Assembly: GCA_964016885.1 (NCBI GenBank)
Contig: OZ024743.1
Span: 288,424,001-288,488,000 of the forward strand
Direction of reading: 5' to 3'
DNA from: Eledone cirrhosa
Lineage: Eukaryota
DNA: 64,000 nt
Shown here in pieces: positions 42,397 to 56,974 of the stretch. The first letter of the stretch is position 1, and every line of letters starts with the position of its first letter. Under the pieces are notes generated by a model that worked only from the letters and a program-made list of their open reading frames with translations, was not told the DNA's origin and made no database searches. A program made the position numbers and the translations under genes.

Positions 42397-42441
<45 letters not shown>

Positions 42442-43208
42442 ACTCACTTCTCGATAAACCTATATATGTGACAATATGTGACAAAGCAGGACTTTTGAAT
42501 TATAGGTAGACCCCATTCGATGGGGTTCTCCATATTTTGCATCTAACCAACATCATTCACCAAGACATAAAGAGACGTCCCATGATGACCCGCATTTGGA
42601 TCGAAACCAGTCCCCTCCCTGGTTGCCTGGGACCATGTTATTGATTGATGTTAAACGACATCTAAAAACTAACTGCGGTGTTCTGCTTTCTTTTTATTTA
42701 TTTATCTATCTATTTATTTATTTAGCTATTTATTTATCTATTTATTTGCTTATTTGTTTATCTGTTCATTTGATACGGAAATTCTCAGAATTTATCAGAC
42801 TTTTTTTCACAGTCGTTTACATCCAATATGCGAAATATTTTTTCGTAACCCGGTCAGTTATCCCATATGTTAAAACCAATACAGCTGACGTTGTTGAGGA
42901 GATTTCAGACATTGACTTGACCATAGAAGACCAAACAGACTGTCATAACTTCAGAATATCTCTGATATTTTGCCTTCATGTACAACATTCTTATTTGCAG
43001 TGTCAACATATGTAACACTTTTGTCAATTCGAATTTATTGAGAAAAATCTGACGTTATAAAGAAGCCATTGTTTTTGTATCAGAAACGGTACTTTAAAAC
43101 AGAATTCATCTTTCTCGAACTCAAAGGCTCATCTTTCCAGAGCATATCATGGTTTCATGTGTTAATTGAGAGAAAGTTAAAAAACAGGACATCTTGTATA
43201 TAATTATA

Positions 43209-43513
43209 CATGGCTTCGTGATTAGAGCGTTGAACACACGATCGTAAGGTTGTGAGTTCGAATCCCCGACCGGGTGGTGCGTTGTCTTCTTGAACAAAAC
43301 ACTGTATTTCACCTTCTTCCAGTTCACTCAGCTGCAAAAATGAGTTGTGAAGTCACTGATGCCAAGCTGTAACAGCTCGGCATCGAGAGGGAAAGGGGAA
43401 ACTACCATGTTGGGGGACTAATGGTCATCCCCAAACACATCTTGCCCAGACTTGGTCATCAGAGGGGTATTTCCAGTGGCAAAACCATGGTCAGTCATGA
43501 CTGGAGAGGGTCT
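43209..43513 (+). mobile_element. SINE family 2, apparently full length
   Basis: B box gagttcgaatcc, CORE-like tcttcttgaacaaaacact, aaatgagttgt, and a 3' region ending catggtcagtcatgactgg before (TA)n. Confidence 0.78.
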
Positions 43514-43515
43514 AT

Positions 43516-43593
<78 letters not shown>

Positions 43594-43846
43594 TTATATC
43601 CAGATCTGTATGAACCATTTTTCTTCTTCTTCTACACACACACACATACATACATATATATGATGTAGCAGAAACACTGACCCCATGCTGTTTTATACTA
43701 GTCCTTGTATAAGCTGTATGAACAGGAAAATCTCAATTTTTTACGTGTCATAGGGATCTCGGACCGAAATATTTTAATTTGTGATTTATTAAACTTAATT
43801 CAACAATATATAGTCTCTACAGGACAGAGAGATGAGATCAAAGAAA

Positions 43847-43877
<31 letters not shown>

Positions 43878-44139
43878 GCATATATATATGTGCGTGTGCG
43901 TTTGTATACGTCTTTCTATGTGTGTCTGTGTGTGTGTTTGATATAGGATATATGTGTCTAATACTATGAGTATTTGGTAAACCTTTGGATTTATGTCAGG
44001 TACTCAGACAAACACTTAAGACTCTCCAATACATACTATATATATATATATATATGTATATATATAAAGAAGTTAGATAAATATATTACACCACTCAGAA
44101 CACTTAAATATCACAAACACGTACACTCGCACCCACACG

Positions 44140-44225
<86 letters not shown>

Positions 44226-44236
44226 CGTGTGGGTGC

Positions 44237-44277
<41 letters not shown>

Positions 44278-44601
44278 GGAAGATGGTAGGCAGGCGAAGG
44301 GTGGAGGAACGAACGGTGTAGATATTTCTTTGCTCAAGTTTCATGAATGAGACTAGACGAATCTATTAACACTTGAAGATTTGCTTTCTATAAAAGCCGT
44401 TAACCCAATTACTCGGGTTTCTCGAAATATCTCAGATCTACTGTCTCACGCCTTGTTTCCTCACCCGTCTCATTCCTTCTCCCTTGATTTGCTTCATTGC
44501 CTTGAGTGGAGCCCATATGATAAAAAATACATAGCTACCCCAGCACCCGCTATCCACATATTAATCGTTGCCCCTCTTAATTGCTCCTATCTCTTTGGCG
44601 G

Positions 44602-44664
<63 letters not shown>

Positions 44665-44995
44665 CTATCTATCTATCTGTCTATCTTTCTCTATATCTTT
44701 ATCCATATAGACATCCATCTCTCTCTCACACACGTATATGCAGATATATGTAGAGATTTACACACATTCATATGCACACACACACACACACATCAATTCC
44801 ATGTAAGTATATATATATATATATATTATATATGAGTTTAATGTTGCTTATCTGAAACAAGATTCTAAATTACTACGATACAGTATACCTGAGTATATTT
44901 TCTACACCCAGATTTAACTTCCCACTTCATACATTACCCCATACATGCATTCCTATCTATTCTATCTCTCTATCTCTCCCACTCTTTCTCTCCTC

Positions 44996-45088
<93 letters not shown>

Positions 45089-45354
45089 TATATGTGTGTG
45101 TGTGTCATCAGACGGATGAACGATTTAGACGTATATTAATATTGCCTAGGGCCCTGAAACCTTTGGTAATGGAGTAGTTATATATTGTGTTGTTCACTTT
45201 CTAATTATATATATATATATATATTTTTTAATTATTTTTTTGTATTTATTTTCATTTGTACCCCTTCCACCGTTTCCTCTCACCCCTTTTTTCTAAATGT
45301 CTCTCACCCACTCCCCTACACACCCTTGGAACTCTCTTCCCCCTCACTTTTCGC

Positions 45355-45382
45355 CTGAAGAAGGGCTTATGCCCGAAACGTC
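45355..45382 (+). ncRNA. Minimal type-I hammerhead ribozyme core (Penelope type)
   Basis: CTGAAGA-A-GGGC-ttat-GCCC-GAAACGTC: intact core, palindromic ACGT stem III, GUC site. Downstream 45400-45472 recurs inverted at 61541-61621. Confidence 0.8.
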
Positions 45383-45479
45383 GTTCTCCACCACTCCCCC
45401 ACTCTCAAGAGCGTGAAACTAATAAACCTTTGTTCGTACTGCCTCTCTGTTTTGTTCCCGTTCCATTTTTCATATGTGT

Positions 45480-45615
<136 letters not shown>

Positions 45616-45980
45616 ATGTATATATTTGTGTGTGTATGTGTCTTCATTAATGTGTACAAAATAATTGTACGCGAGAATTGTACGTGAGAAACATAACATA
45701 TGGAATAGTAAGAGAGACGAATTCAGAAGGAGACACATGTATAGCAAGACTTAGAGAAACATTGAGTCAGAGAAACTGTATTGCAATATATGTATTCATA
45801 TATGTATTTATGTATGTATATATGTACGTATGTGTATGTATGTATGTATGTATGAATGTATGTATGTATGTATGTGTGTTTATATGTGAGTATATTTGCA
45901 TGTACGTATATCCCTCCCCTCATCCTCTCTCTCCTTCTCTCTCACCTTCTCTCTCGCTCTCTCTCCCTCACCTTCTCCCC

Positions 45981-46035
<55 letters not shown>

Positions 46036-46703
46036 TACATACTTACACATCTACAAATACAGACACAGACACAGAGACAAGTAGAAGCAAACATACACCC
46101 ATACACACACACACACACAGACACACATGCATGTATATATATATAGAGAGAGAGATAGATAGATAGATATATACTCGAGCGTATTAAATGAGTTATCGCA
46201 CGGAGTTCTGTTAACAGCCGGGGCCAAAGTGAAGAGGTATGATATCAAGAATCAGATAGAAAAACAAAAACAAAAAAAAACGATCTATTATAAGTACACC
46301 CAATATAATATGATGGAAGGGAGGAGGTGATGTTACTGTTTTATCGTCTTATAAATATGTTGGGGGAGGAAAAACGGGAGGATGAGGATGAGGAGGAGGA
46401 GGGGGGCACATGGGGAGATGGAGCTGAGTGAAGTTGGTGGGGATGTTGTTGCAATTTTATCGTCTTATAAATCTCAATGAGAGCAATTTGGCTTGAATGC
46501 AGGAAATGAGACGCGGTACAACAAGAATCTATTGGAATTCTACACGGATATATTTAATTTCTGTTCTGTCTCCTGATGATCATGGTGATGGTATTTGTGT
46601 TGTTGTTGTTGTTATAGGGGTCTTTCGGTTTCTCATACTTGTGGCGGTGTTGAGGTGGTGCTCGTATTGGCGGGGGTCGTGGTGATGATGATGATTCTGA
46701 TGA

Positions 46704-46735
<32 letters not shown>

Positions 46736-46915
46736 TGAAGTAGGAGGAAGGATAATGATTATTACTGTGGTGCTGATGGTTGTGATGGCGAAAACGATGG
46801 CGATGGTGAAGAAGATGGTGATCGAGCTAAATGTGTCACTGTAATGGCTATTGATAGACTGACTTGGTGACAACGTTAATTTGTAATACTTTACGGTTTG
46901 ATTCATTAGTGATAT

Positions 46916-46951
<36 letters not shown>

Positions 46952-47092
46952 CACTAAAAAAAAAATATATATATATACACTCAACATTGCTGACTGAATA
47001 CTTACGCGTGTGTTTTCCCCATTTTTTTCCTATTTTTCCCTTTTCATTCCTCTTTATCTTTCTAATATACCTTCTATTTCTAACGGTATCTT

Positions 47093-47121
47093 CTGATGAA
47101 GGCCGATGGTTCGAAACGTTA
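47093..47121 (+). ncRNA. Hammerhead core, family D
   Basis: CTGATGA-AGGCC-gat-GGTT-CGAAACGTTA. The downstream flank is shared with the copies at 11133, 35639 and 37269. Confidence 0.65.
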
Positions 47122-47422
47122 AGAAACTTTTGCTGCTATTTCAAGAGTTAAACTAATAGATTTCTTCAAGTTACTGTGTCGTTTGCTTTGTCATTTCTCT
47201 TTACACGGAGGCGCGCGCGCATCCCCCCCCCCCACACAGATTCACACACACACACACATATATATATATATGTATGTATATATACAATAATAATAATGAT
47301 AATAATAATAGACGGCTAATTTTTTTAAGCCGGTACAAAGCGGTAGAAAAATACGAAGCACAAATGATGATAAATGGCTCAAAGCAAAACAAAGTAATAT
47401 TTTATTTGGTGTATTTTAGTAT

Positions 47423-47903
47423 GATATTTCGGGGCTAATACCCTCTTTTCAGTTCAAATGCCGCTATAATGAAAGCAAATATTTAGAGGACCAGTCCCAC
47501 CAGTGTGCACAATATTTTTGACACTACTGCATGCATTGAGTCCTTTCAAAGTAAATGTATGTTGTTCATTATAATTTTATATTCCAACAACCCAAAATTA
47601 ATATACAAATGTGTATGTTGATATTCTTAGAACGATCTTGCAAAATTATCTGGGTGGTTGTTGATATGTGAGAACATGCTAGTGAGCGATTTTCTCTTCA
47701 AGTATTTGCTGGTGATTTAAAGTTTTATCATTTTCTATATAATTATTGTGCTTTACATAGAAACTCCTGTATTTCATTGGGAATTTTTTATTTAATTTTT
47801 TTATCATTCTAATAAGAGGCAGATCAAAATTTAAAAAGACATTAATATATACCGCCAGGCAATGTGAAGAATATCTAAGGATTTCTAATCTAGTAATAAA
47901 CAA
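47423..47903 (-). mobile_element. Old Penelope-like 3' remnant with terminal hammerhead core
   Basis: Degenerate coding-like sequence ending ..GPLN, followed by CTGAAAA-GAGGG-tattag-CCCC-GAAATATC (47452-47423). Confidence 0.45.
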
Positions 47904-48817
47904 GTCAAAAATATTTGGGGTAGAGTATAGTTATTTGATTATCTCTACTAGTAAGCTGGTACGTTTATTTGTCAAACCCGAAGGATGATAAGTTAATGTA
48001 CCTAAGGGAGAGTTGAACTACAGAACATAAAAAGATGAAACAAATGCCACTAGGTACTATATATAAAGAGAATCAATTAAAGCGTCTTTTAGTGGTCATT
48101 CTTCATGATAGAAGTGGAAGCTAATTTTTCCCAAAATTCCATTATAAACATCCCAATTTAACAACAAGATCACACCCTTCAAGAGGCAGGTTCTTTCGAA
48201 TAGTCCAGTGGTTTCCGACCGTTTAGCTACTAATGACATTGTTCAATTAAATTAAATTTCCCAGGGACTCAAGGTGATTGTGAGGCTTGGCAATACAACA
48301 TTCTCACGAGCGTCCAGTACACTACAGAGTTCACAGTAAACAGACTGGAAATCGCTGATACAATTGATTATATCGGACCCATGGCCCCATTGGTATTATA
48401 ACTATTGATCCTAGAAGGCTGAAATGCAAAGTTGAATGTGGTAGTATTTGAAATTGATTCTGATGAATTACATTTGGATTTTAAGCCAATGCTCTACTGA
48501 CTCTGCTTTTCTATAACCTACCCACTATAAAGAATAAAAATACGCACACACACACATACATAGATGCATGCTTAAATAAATACAAACATACACACACAGA
48601 CACAAATGTAGACACACATACAGACTCACAAGCAGAAAAAAATGAATGTGGTGGAGAGAACGTAATTTTGTTTATATATAAGTCTGATATTCAAACAGCT
48701 GGTTGTACTTGGGTTTCTTTATAGTGATGAAGAGAACAATCTAAAGAGGTCTGGCAGGTTTACACTTATATACATATATATATGTATGTATGCATGTGTA
48801 TATATATGTATCTATGC

Positions 48818-48904
<87 letters not shown>

Positions 48905-49110
48905 CATGCATGAAAACACACACACACACACATATATGTATATATATATATGCACACGCACATATGTGTACAAAAAGGACAAAACAACCACAATTACAAA
49001 AACTGTATATTTCTTCTTCTTCTTCTTCTTCTTCTTCTTCTTCTTCTTCTTCTTCTTCTTCTTCTTCTTCTTCTTCTTCTTCTTCTTCTTCTACCACCAC
49101 CACCACTACT

Positions 49111-49149
<39 letters not shown>

Positions 49150-49167
49150 GCAACAACACCAACAACA

Positions 49168-49232
<65 letters not shown>

Positions 49233-49405
49233 AGATATAAATTAATATATTGCGAATCTTGATTTGTGCTACAGGTAAATAAATAAATCAATAAGTCAGT
49301 ATAAAAACGATATAGGGTATGTGTAGAATAAAGTCATATACATTCGCAGACACTGATGAAATCAAACATACATATACGCACTTACATACTCATTCACATA
49401 TATAC

Positions 49406-49437
<32 letters not shown>

Positions 49438-49776
49438 GCGGGCGTCTATGTGTGCGTGTGCGGATGTATATATATATATATATATATATACGTTTATACA
49501 TACACACATACATAGTCATTTGTATACAAATATAAATCTATTAGTCTCTGTGTGTGAGAGTGTGAGACTGAAAGTGAGATGGAGTTAGAGAGTGTGTATG
49601 AGAGAGAGAGAGAGAGGGAGAGAGAGAGAGAGAGTGTTTGTGTATGTGTGTGTATAAATACCAGTATACTTGTGTGTGTAAAATGTGTATACGTGAATGA
49701 TTTGCCTATGTGTGTGTGTGTGTGCATCAGATTTGCATATATTTAATATGGTGACGGACGGACTACACATATATAC

Positions 49777-49876
<100 letters not shown>

Positions 49877-49928
49877 ATATATATATATACGCCCATACAT
49901 ATATATAGACACATACATACACACACAA

Positions 49929-50081
<153 letters not shown>

Positions 50082-50269
50082 CTCAATAATAATAACAAGA
50101 GAACACTGAAATGGGTGTGAGCGAAACATGTCTATTTCTGTTAGTTATTGCCGGTCTAATATTATATTGCAACATAAATAATCACAAATCACGTGATAGG
50201 GAAACACAAGCACATGGAGCTATGTCATTCCCTCACCCTCGCTTTTCTTTTCTCCTTTACATTACTCTG

Positions 50270-50356
<87 letters not shown>

Positions 50357-50396
50357 CATATATATATACATACACACATACATACATATATATATA

Positions 50397-50560
50397 ACGA
50401 AGGAGATGTGGTAAGGAACCAGATGGACCATAACGCACCAGAGTACTCAATACTTAGGGTAGTAGAGTGGGTAATAGGAACGAGTATGACCCCGACGGCA
50501 GAGCCCAAGCCGTTTCGACGGCTATTTCTGGAAATAGCCGTCGAAACGGCTTGAGCTCTG

Positions 50561-50561
<1 letters not shown>
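50397..50561. mobile_element. Family A short element, fold-back copy
   Basis: Same terminus as 3435. Arms 50498-50528 / 50531-50561. Flanked by TA-rich microsatellite. Confidence 0.85.
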
Positions 50562-50623
<62 letters not shown>

Positions 50624-50879
50624 TGTGTGTATGTGTATATATGTATGTATATGAATTTATGTATGGATGTATATATATATGTATATCTTATACCTTTTAC
50701 TACTTTTACTCCTACTACAACTGGATATTAAGATATAAATTACACACACACACATACACCTGCCTGTATATACACACACAAGGATACACAGACACACACA
50801 CACACACATACACCTGCCTGTACATACACACACACATGCACACACACGTACACATACACACAAACACGTACACACACAC

Positions 50880-50931
<52 letters not shown>

Positions 50932-51125
50932 ACACACACACATACACACACAATGTTTAACATACCGGACGATAGTCGTTCATCGGGAATAGAGAAATAC
51001 AGAGATGTGGTTCGTCGAATGAGGAACATATGAGTGTTGAATTTAACTGTTATTCCGTATGTATTTACGTATGTGTTGTAGGAGTGGTTCATACATAGTT
51101 GGGGATAGTGTTTATGTATATCTCA

Positions 51126-51461
51126 GGGCAAAGGTTAACTTTGCCTTTCATCCTTACTGGGTCGATAAAATAAAGTACCAGTAATGCACTGGGTATATGC
51201 TAGCCTTGTGCCAAAAGTAGAAACAATTATTATCTTATATATGCGTGGTTGTTCATTGTGTATATCAAATAATTGTTTCTACTTTTGGCACAAGGCCAGC
51301 AATTACCCAGTACATTACTGGTACTTTATTTTATCGACCCCGTAAGGATGAAAGGCAAAGTTAACCTCGGCGGGATTTGAACTCAGACCGTGAAGGGACG
51401 TAACTATGCTGGAAAGCATGGCGTCCGACTACTCTCTACCGATATTGCCAATCCACCGCCC
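51126..51461. mobile_element. Tail-to-tail inverted pair of SINE family 1 (51126-51233 +, 51268-51461 -)
   Basis: Both orientations of the 3' half, about 35 bp apart. Confidence 0.88.
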
Positions 51462-51637
51462 TTTGTGTATCAAAAAATGTTATGTGAGAAACTCCGAAAG
51501 GTGAAATAAGTGGAGGTCCAACAAACATATAACGACCATTATATCGATATATACAACGCTATGGGAGATTGCACGTGTGTGTACATGTGCAGATTTATGT
51601 GTCTGTGAGTATATATGCGTTTCTACGTGACTGTTTA

Positions 51638-51856
51638 TGAGGTTCGGCTGAAACGTTCATAGGTTGGCTATGAAGTGGTGATACTACAGCTGGGAAATCT
51701 TGCATGCATTAATTCCAACTCTCCACATTAATAATTGTATTGTTTCGTTCCAGTGACTATGTTGAAAAATAAACCTCATTTGGTTATTCCATGAGAGTAT
51801 CTTGGTCAGCTTACAGACTTTTCAGCCTATGAAATTTTATTTTCAGCCGATCCTCG
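51638..51856. mobile_element. Mariner-type MITE, ~220 bp
   Basis: TA|tgaggttcggctgaaacgttcatagg ... cctatgaa..tttcagccgatcctcg|TA. Confidence 0.8.
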
Positions 51857-53109
51857 TATTAGCAAGTGTATTAATGTTTTTGTGTAATGTTGCAAGGTTG
51901 GTGCATGTGTGTCAGTGTGTGCATAAATGACACGTGGATGTGGAATGCAGTGGGGAGAGCAGATTAGCGGAAGAGAGACGGAGTATTGTATGTAGAAAAA
52001 AAAGCTGTTTTCCCTGTGTCGGTGCGAGTCAGTGGGTACAGTGCAGGATGCGAAGCCGAAGAAAATAAGGTGGTGTGTGGAATGTCCGATGGAGCAGAAA
52101 TGTCAGGAGACCGGAGACAGAAGATACTCTGCGTATCTGTTGGCCAGTCGACGGCCAGTTTGACCAATGTAGATGACCTCGCATATAGTACAACGAAAAT
52201 AATGTAGTGGCCACTGGGTCCGGTGAGTGCGGCAGTGTGGGTGATAAAGCTGCAGAAGCAAACGTAGGAACGAGGAGAGGAGTTGGGGAGAGGACGGAAA
52301 CTGCAGAAGAGGAGATTCTGGAGGTTAAATGCGCATTTAAAAAAGGGGAGAGTTTAAATTGGGAAGAGACATACGATCATCTTCTGACGGGGCATGGTAG
52401 AGAAGTAGTTGGTGTGGGGAATGGTAGTTGGTTGGTGGGTGTTGGGGGACGATGACTTGGTGTAAGGGGACTAATACTACGAACTGCAAGGGAGTCATGC
52501 ATTCGGCTACTACAGGTGAAGGAGTCGAAGGGATATTAAGTAGGGGATCGAATGCTTGGTGTGGGTGTGATATTTACAAGTGAAGACGACAGAGCTGATA
52601 TCTAGCGTTTCGGACGCTTGTATTTCATCGAAAATCAGCGACACGGAGTGAGGACAGGATTTGAGGGAGAGAGAAGAAAAAAGTATTTCAGCAGAAGAAG
52701 CACGTATTGTTGTTGCTCTAACATAAAAATGCGTGCGCACACAAATACTCACGCACGCACGCTCACGCACACACACACACACCCAGTATAAAATTATTTC
52801 AATAGCGATTATTATCGACGTTTTCTTGTAAGCGAGAATTCATTGGGATAATATGGATGTCTTTCATTCGTTCTCAACTGATTATAATTATTTTGACTGT
52901 AAACGTCAGGCTTCTATCAGCAAGCAGGAAATATTTTGGCAATGGTGCATTGCCTGCTGTTTAGTTTGTTGTCAAGAAGCGCTAGTAAATGTTAAAATAT
53001 TGTTTTAAGTTTTACTGTTAATAAAGCAGCCATGATAAATCTCTTTTCTTTCTCTCATTTATTTACCATTATTACTTGGTTCGAATTTGTATTCGATATA
53101 TTATTTTAG

Positions 53110-53315
53110 ACTTATATTGGTTTCTGGATTTAGTCATTGGACTCCATACTAAAGAGCCACCTTCAAATGTTTAACTGATCACATCGACCCTCTGTGGTCT
53201 TTGTTTAAATGTCTGCTGCGTATATCGGTGATATCTAATTTGCCGGGCTGCTAAGTTACAAGGAATAAACAAGCAACAACGGTTATATAGAGGTTTAGAC
53301 GTAAACAAACACGAA
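53110..53315. mobile_element. Old, diverged SINE resembling an abundant octopus repeat
   Basis: ttagtcattggact..., atcgaccc and tttgccgggctgctaagttac resemble an octopus repeat from memory. A related end, actcttttactcttttacctgtttcagcc, is at 4417-4445. Confidence 0.5.
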
Positions 53316-55789
53316 CAGATTTACACACTCACACACACACACATAAATACACGCATCTCTCTCTCTCTTTCACACACACACACACACACACTCTCTCTCT
53401 CTCTCTCGTTCTCTCTCTTTATATATATATATATATGTATTCATTATTAGCACAGATTAAAAGTTTAAACGAACAATTTCTGATTTCACCCTAAAGTGAG
53501 AGAAGCGAGGGCTTTCGCACAGTTTTCACCTAGCAAATCTCACTCACAATGCATTCATGAAGCAAAGCTATGATAAAAGATCAAAATGTCACACAGTGGG
53601 ATTGAACCCAAAACTCTGTAGCTAATCTCCCTAAAATTCCCCCTTGTTATCTTCGAAAACCATGCATGTTACATTGTATAATAGTCGAAGTGGCAGTTGC
53701 GTTATAGCTTCGGACAAAATGCTTTGATACAAATCACGCCGATATCATGTTTGCCTTTGATCTTTTAGTAGTTAGAAGATATAGTACCAGTTTAGAGGAG
53801 CTCGACGGACTGAATTGCTAGAGTGCCTTGCCTTCTAGAGTCGAAATCCCGCTGTGGGTTGTTTCGATGGCTGTCTTAACCCGTCGTTTGGTTTTAATAT
53901 CCTCATCTGGTCACTGTGTCGCTTTGTCAAAGAACACTCTTTTACAAGCTTTTGGAGCAGGCCTCCGATTTCAAAGTAGCTACCTCCTTCCCAACAGTCT
54001 CGGAGAGCCTGAAAATGATCATGGACCCTCCTCTCCCTCCCTGACTGAATAGCAAAAAAAAAAAAAAAATCAAAATAAGAAATGAAAAGCACCACCACTA
54101 TTCAAGGCCAACCCAACCACAATAATCCAGTATATCACACCAAACCCAACCTAATAATCCACCCACTAGGAACACTCCTCTATGGATGTTTAATGCCAAC
54201 CTTTCCTACACAATACGTCACGTCTTTTTCTTGGCAGACGCCATCGCTATTATAATTGTATCGTTTTCATAGCGATTCTTGTCTCTCTGTTTGTCTATCT
54301 TCTTGCCTGTATGTCTCTCAGAATCGTGACCCTCTACCTCCCCTACCACCAACACACAAACTATCACTCCACTTACTATCTATTACTTACTATCACACCA
54401 CTTCTCCTCCCACTCGCTGTGTTGCCCACCTCATCCCCTGCCTCCTCCTATCTCATTTTCCCCCTGTATATTAGATATGTGTGGGAATAAAATATGATGT
54501 ATTTATAAAACATAGCTTCGCGGGTTAGATTTTTATTCTCGGAATTTCTCTATTCAAAATATCATCACAACCACCACCACATCATCATATCAAGAGCATC
54601 AAGCATCATCATCATTACACCCACCAGAACCAGAACCATTACCACGCTATCATCTTTATCTCTACCACCAAAACACCAGTACCAACAACACTACCACAAC
54701 AGCAGCAACAACAACAATAATTACGACAACGTTATCATTTTTACCACCACCACCACCACCTCCACAATCCTCCTAGCCACCATAACCACCACTACTAACG
54801 CCATTATCATTATCACTATGCAACTATTATCATCGCCACACTAACATGGCCCCTATCACTGCCACTATTAACACCACCACACACACCAGCATTACCAGCA
54901 TCACCATTTGCCACTAGCGCCATCAACACTACAATTAATCACTATTAGAATCATAGCCTCCTCCATCATTAGCGTTATAACCAATAAGAAGCCCTCATCA
55001 CCACCATCACTTCCAAAATAACCCACATCATCAACACCGCCAGCAGCACCACCTCGATTAACAACATCATCAACACCGCCAGCACCACCACCTCGATCAA
55101 CAACAACAACAACAATAGAAGCAGCACCAAAACCAGCCCATCACTATCAGCACCAGCATTGCCATTATCACAATCAAATCCCCACAATCAACACCAACAC
55201 CGCCATCACCAGCAAAATCACGATCACCAAGTACACCAACACCACCACTAACACTAGCATTTCTACACTATGATCAAGACCAACTCCACTATTACAATAG
55301 TGACGACCACCCCGGCCACCACTGCCACCACCACTACCACCACCTCCACCACCACAACTTGTAAGTATCTACCATCTACAGACGCCTCATTACCATCTTT
55401 ACCTATCAGTAGCATCAATTATAAGCGCTCATCCCTATTAACGCCTCAAACAGCACCACCCTGCCACACAACCACGCCGTCACTCTTATCACAACCATCA
55501 TAACCACATATCCTTTATCATCAACCCTGTCACCACCACCACCACCACCACTATCACCATCATCATAATTCTACCGTCACCAACATTATCTTTACTAGTC
55601 ACTGCTGTGTACCAATGTGGTTAAACGATTCACTAGAAATAGCAGCCAAATATCCATAAAGCCACAACCTGCCAAGGTAAATTATACAATGAAAGTCACA
55701 TTATAAAAAGAATGTCTGAGAAGCCGATGTGATGGTCACGGTTAACTTTCATCGTACGTCTGCATAATTCCGCAATAGCAACAATAAAA

Positions 55790-55823
<34 letters not shown>

Positions 55824-56608
55824 TTTTTATCTTTCTATATATGTATTGAACGTGGGCATGGCAAAGATTAACAAGTTTGTTTCGCAACTATAGTAGCACG
55901 ACGAGTTCAATCCTACCAGTTTGTATGTTGTGGGGCAAGTGGATTTTACATTCGGCTCATGTTGACACAAAATTGTGAATGAAATCATGCTGAAGTCCAC
56001 CGAATAGGTTTCCACTTATAATTTAAAAGGACCAGATTTGACACACTATATGTGTCGCACACATAAAGCTTGAGAATTATGAGAATTATGAAACGGGAGA
56101 GTAGTACACTTAATCTTTTGCGAGACCTCTGTGATTGATGGAAAGAAGGGAGTAACGAAGAATGTATCTACAAACAGGAAACCTGGTACAAATGCTTGCA
56201 ACAGGGTGGAATCTTATAAAGGCACCCATGGGTGATCAACAAAGGCCATAGCGTGATTTGAACTCAGAAAGCAAAGAACCGGAACTAATACCACTAGGTA
56301 TCACTTTTGCTCTGACGTTTAGAACAATCCACTGCCCAAGACTGGCAGTTTATATTATCGACCTCCCTAAATGTAATTGTAAATCCTACTCAGATAGTTT
56401 CTTCAAACATCTCTCCCATGGAAATATCAGCAACGTTCTTGCTCTCTTGACCATTCAAATTTGCAATAATTCAAAAGCAGCGTCAATCGTCATTTATCTT
56501 TATGAATTATGTTTACTTTATCTTGTCCTTTGCCCTTCTCAGTAACCCCCTGCATTTTAGTGGCTTTACTGTCTTACTTGGAGTAAGAAAATTAAAAAAA
56601 TTGCTGGC

Positions 56609-56974
56609 GAGCAATTACCAGTACATTACTGGTACTTTATTTTATCGACACCGTAAGGCAAAGTTAACCTCGACAGGATTTTAACTAAGAATGGAAAGGG
56701 CCGTAACTCTATCTATGCGTGAAAGGATGACGTCCGACCCTCTACCAATACTGCCAAACCACGGCCTTTTTAATGAAAAACAAAATAATAATTGTTTCTA
56801 CTTTTGGCACAAGGTCAGCAATTATCCCAGTGTATTACTGGTACTCTATTTTATCGACCCCGTAAGGATGAAAGGCAAAGTTAACCTCGGCGGGATTTGA
56901 ACTCAGTCCGTAAAGGGACATAAGTGTGCTGCAAAGCATGGCTTCCTACCCTCTACTGATACTGCCAATCCACC
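56609..56974 (-). mobile_element. Two head-to-tail SINE family 1 copies
   Basis: Reverse complements of the consensus at 56609-56767 and 56783-56974. Confidence 0.88.

Noticed and set aside
39685-42400. CRISPR-like repeat/spacer array
   Set aside because: The repeats are variable-length (TA)n, the inserts are of unequal length, there are no cas genes, and the context is eukaryotic.
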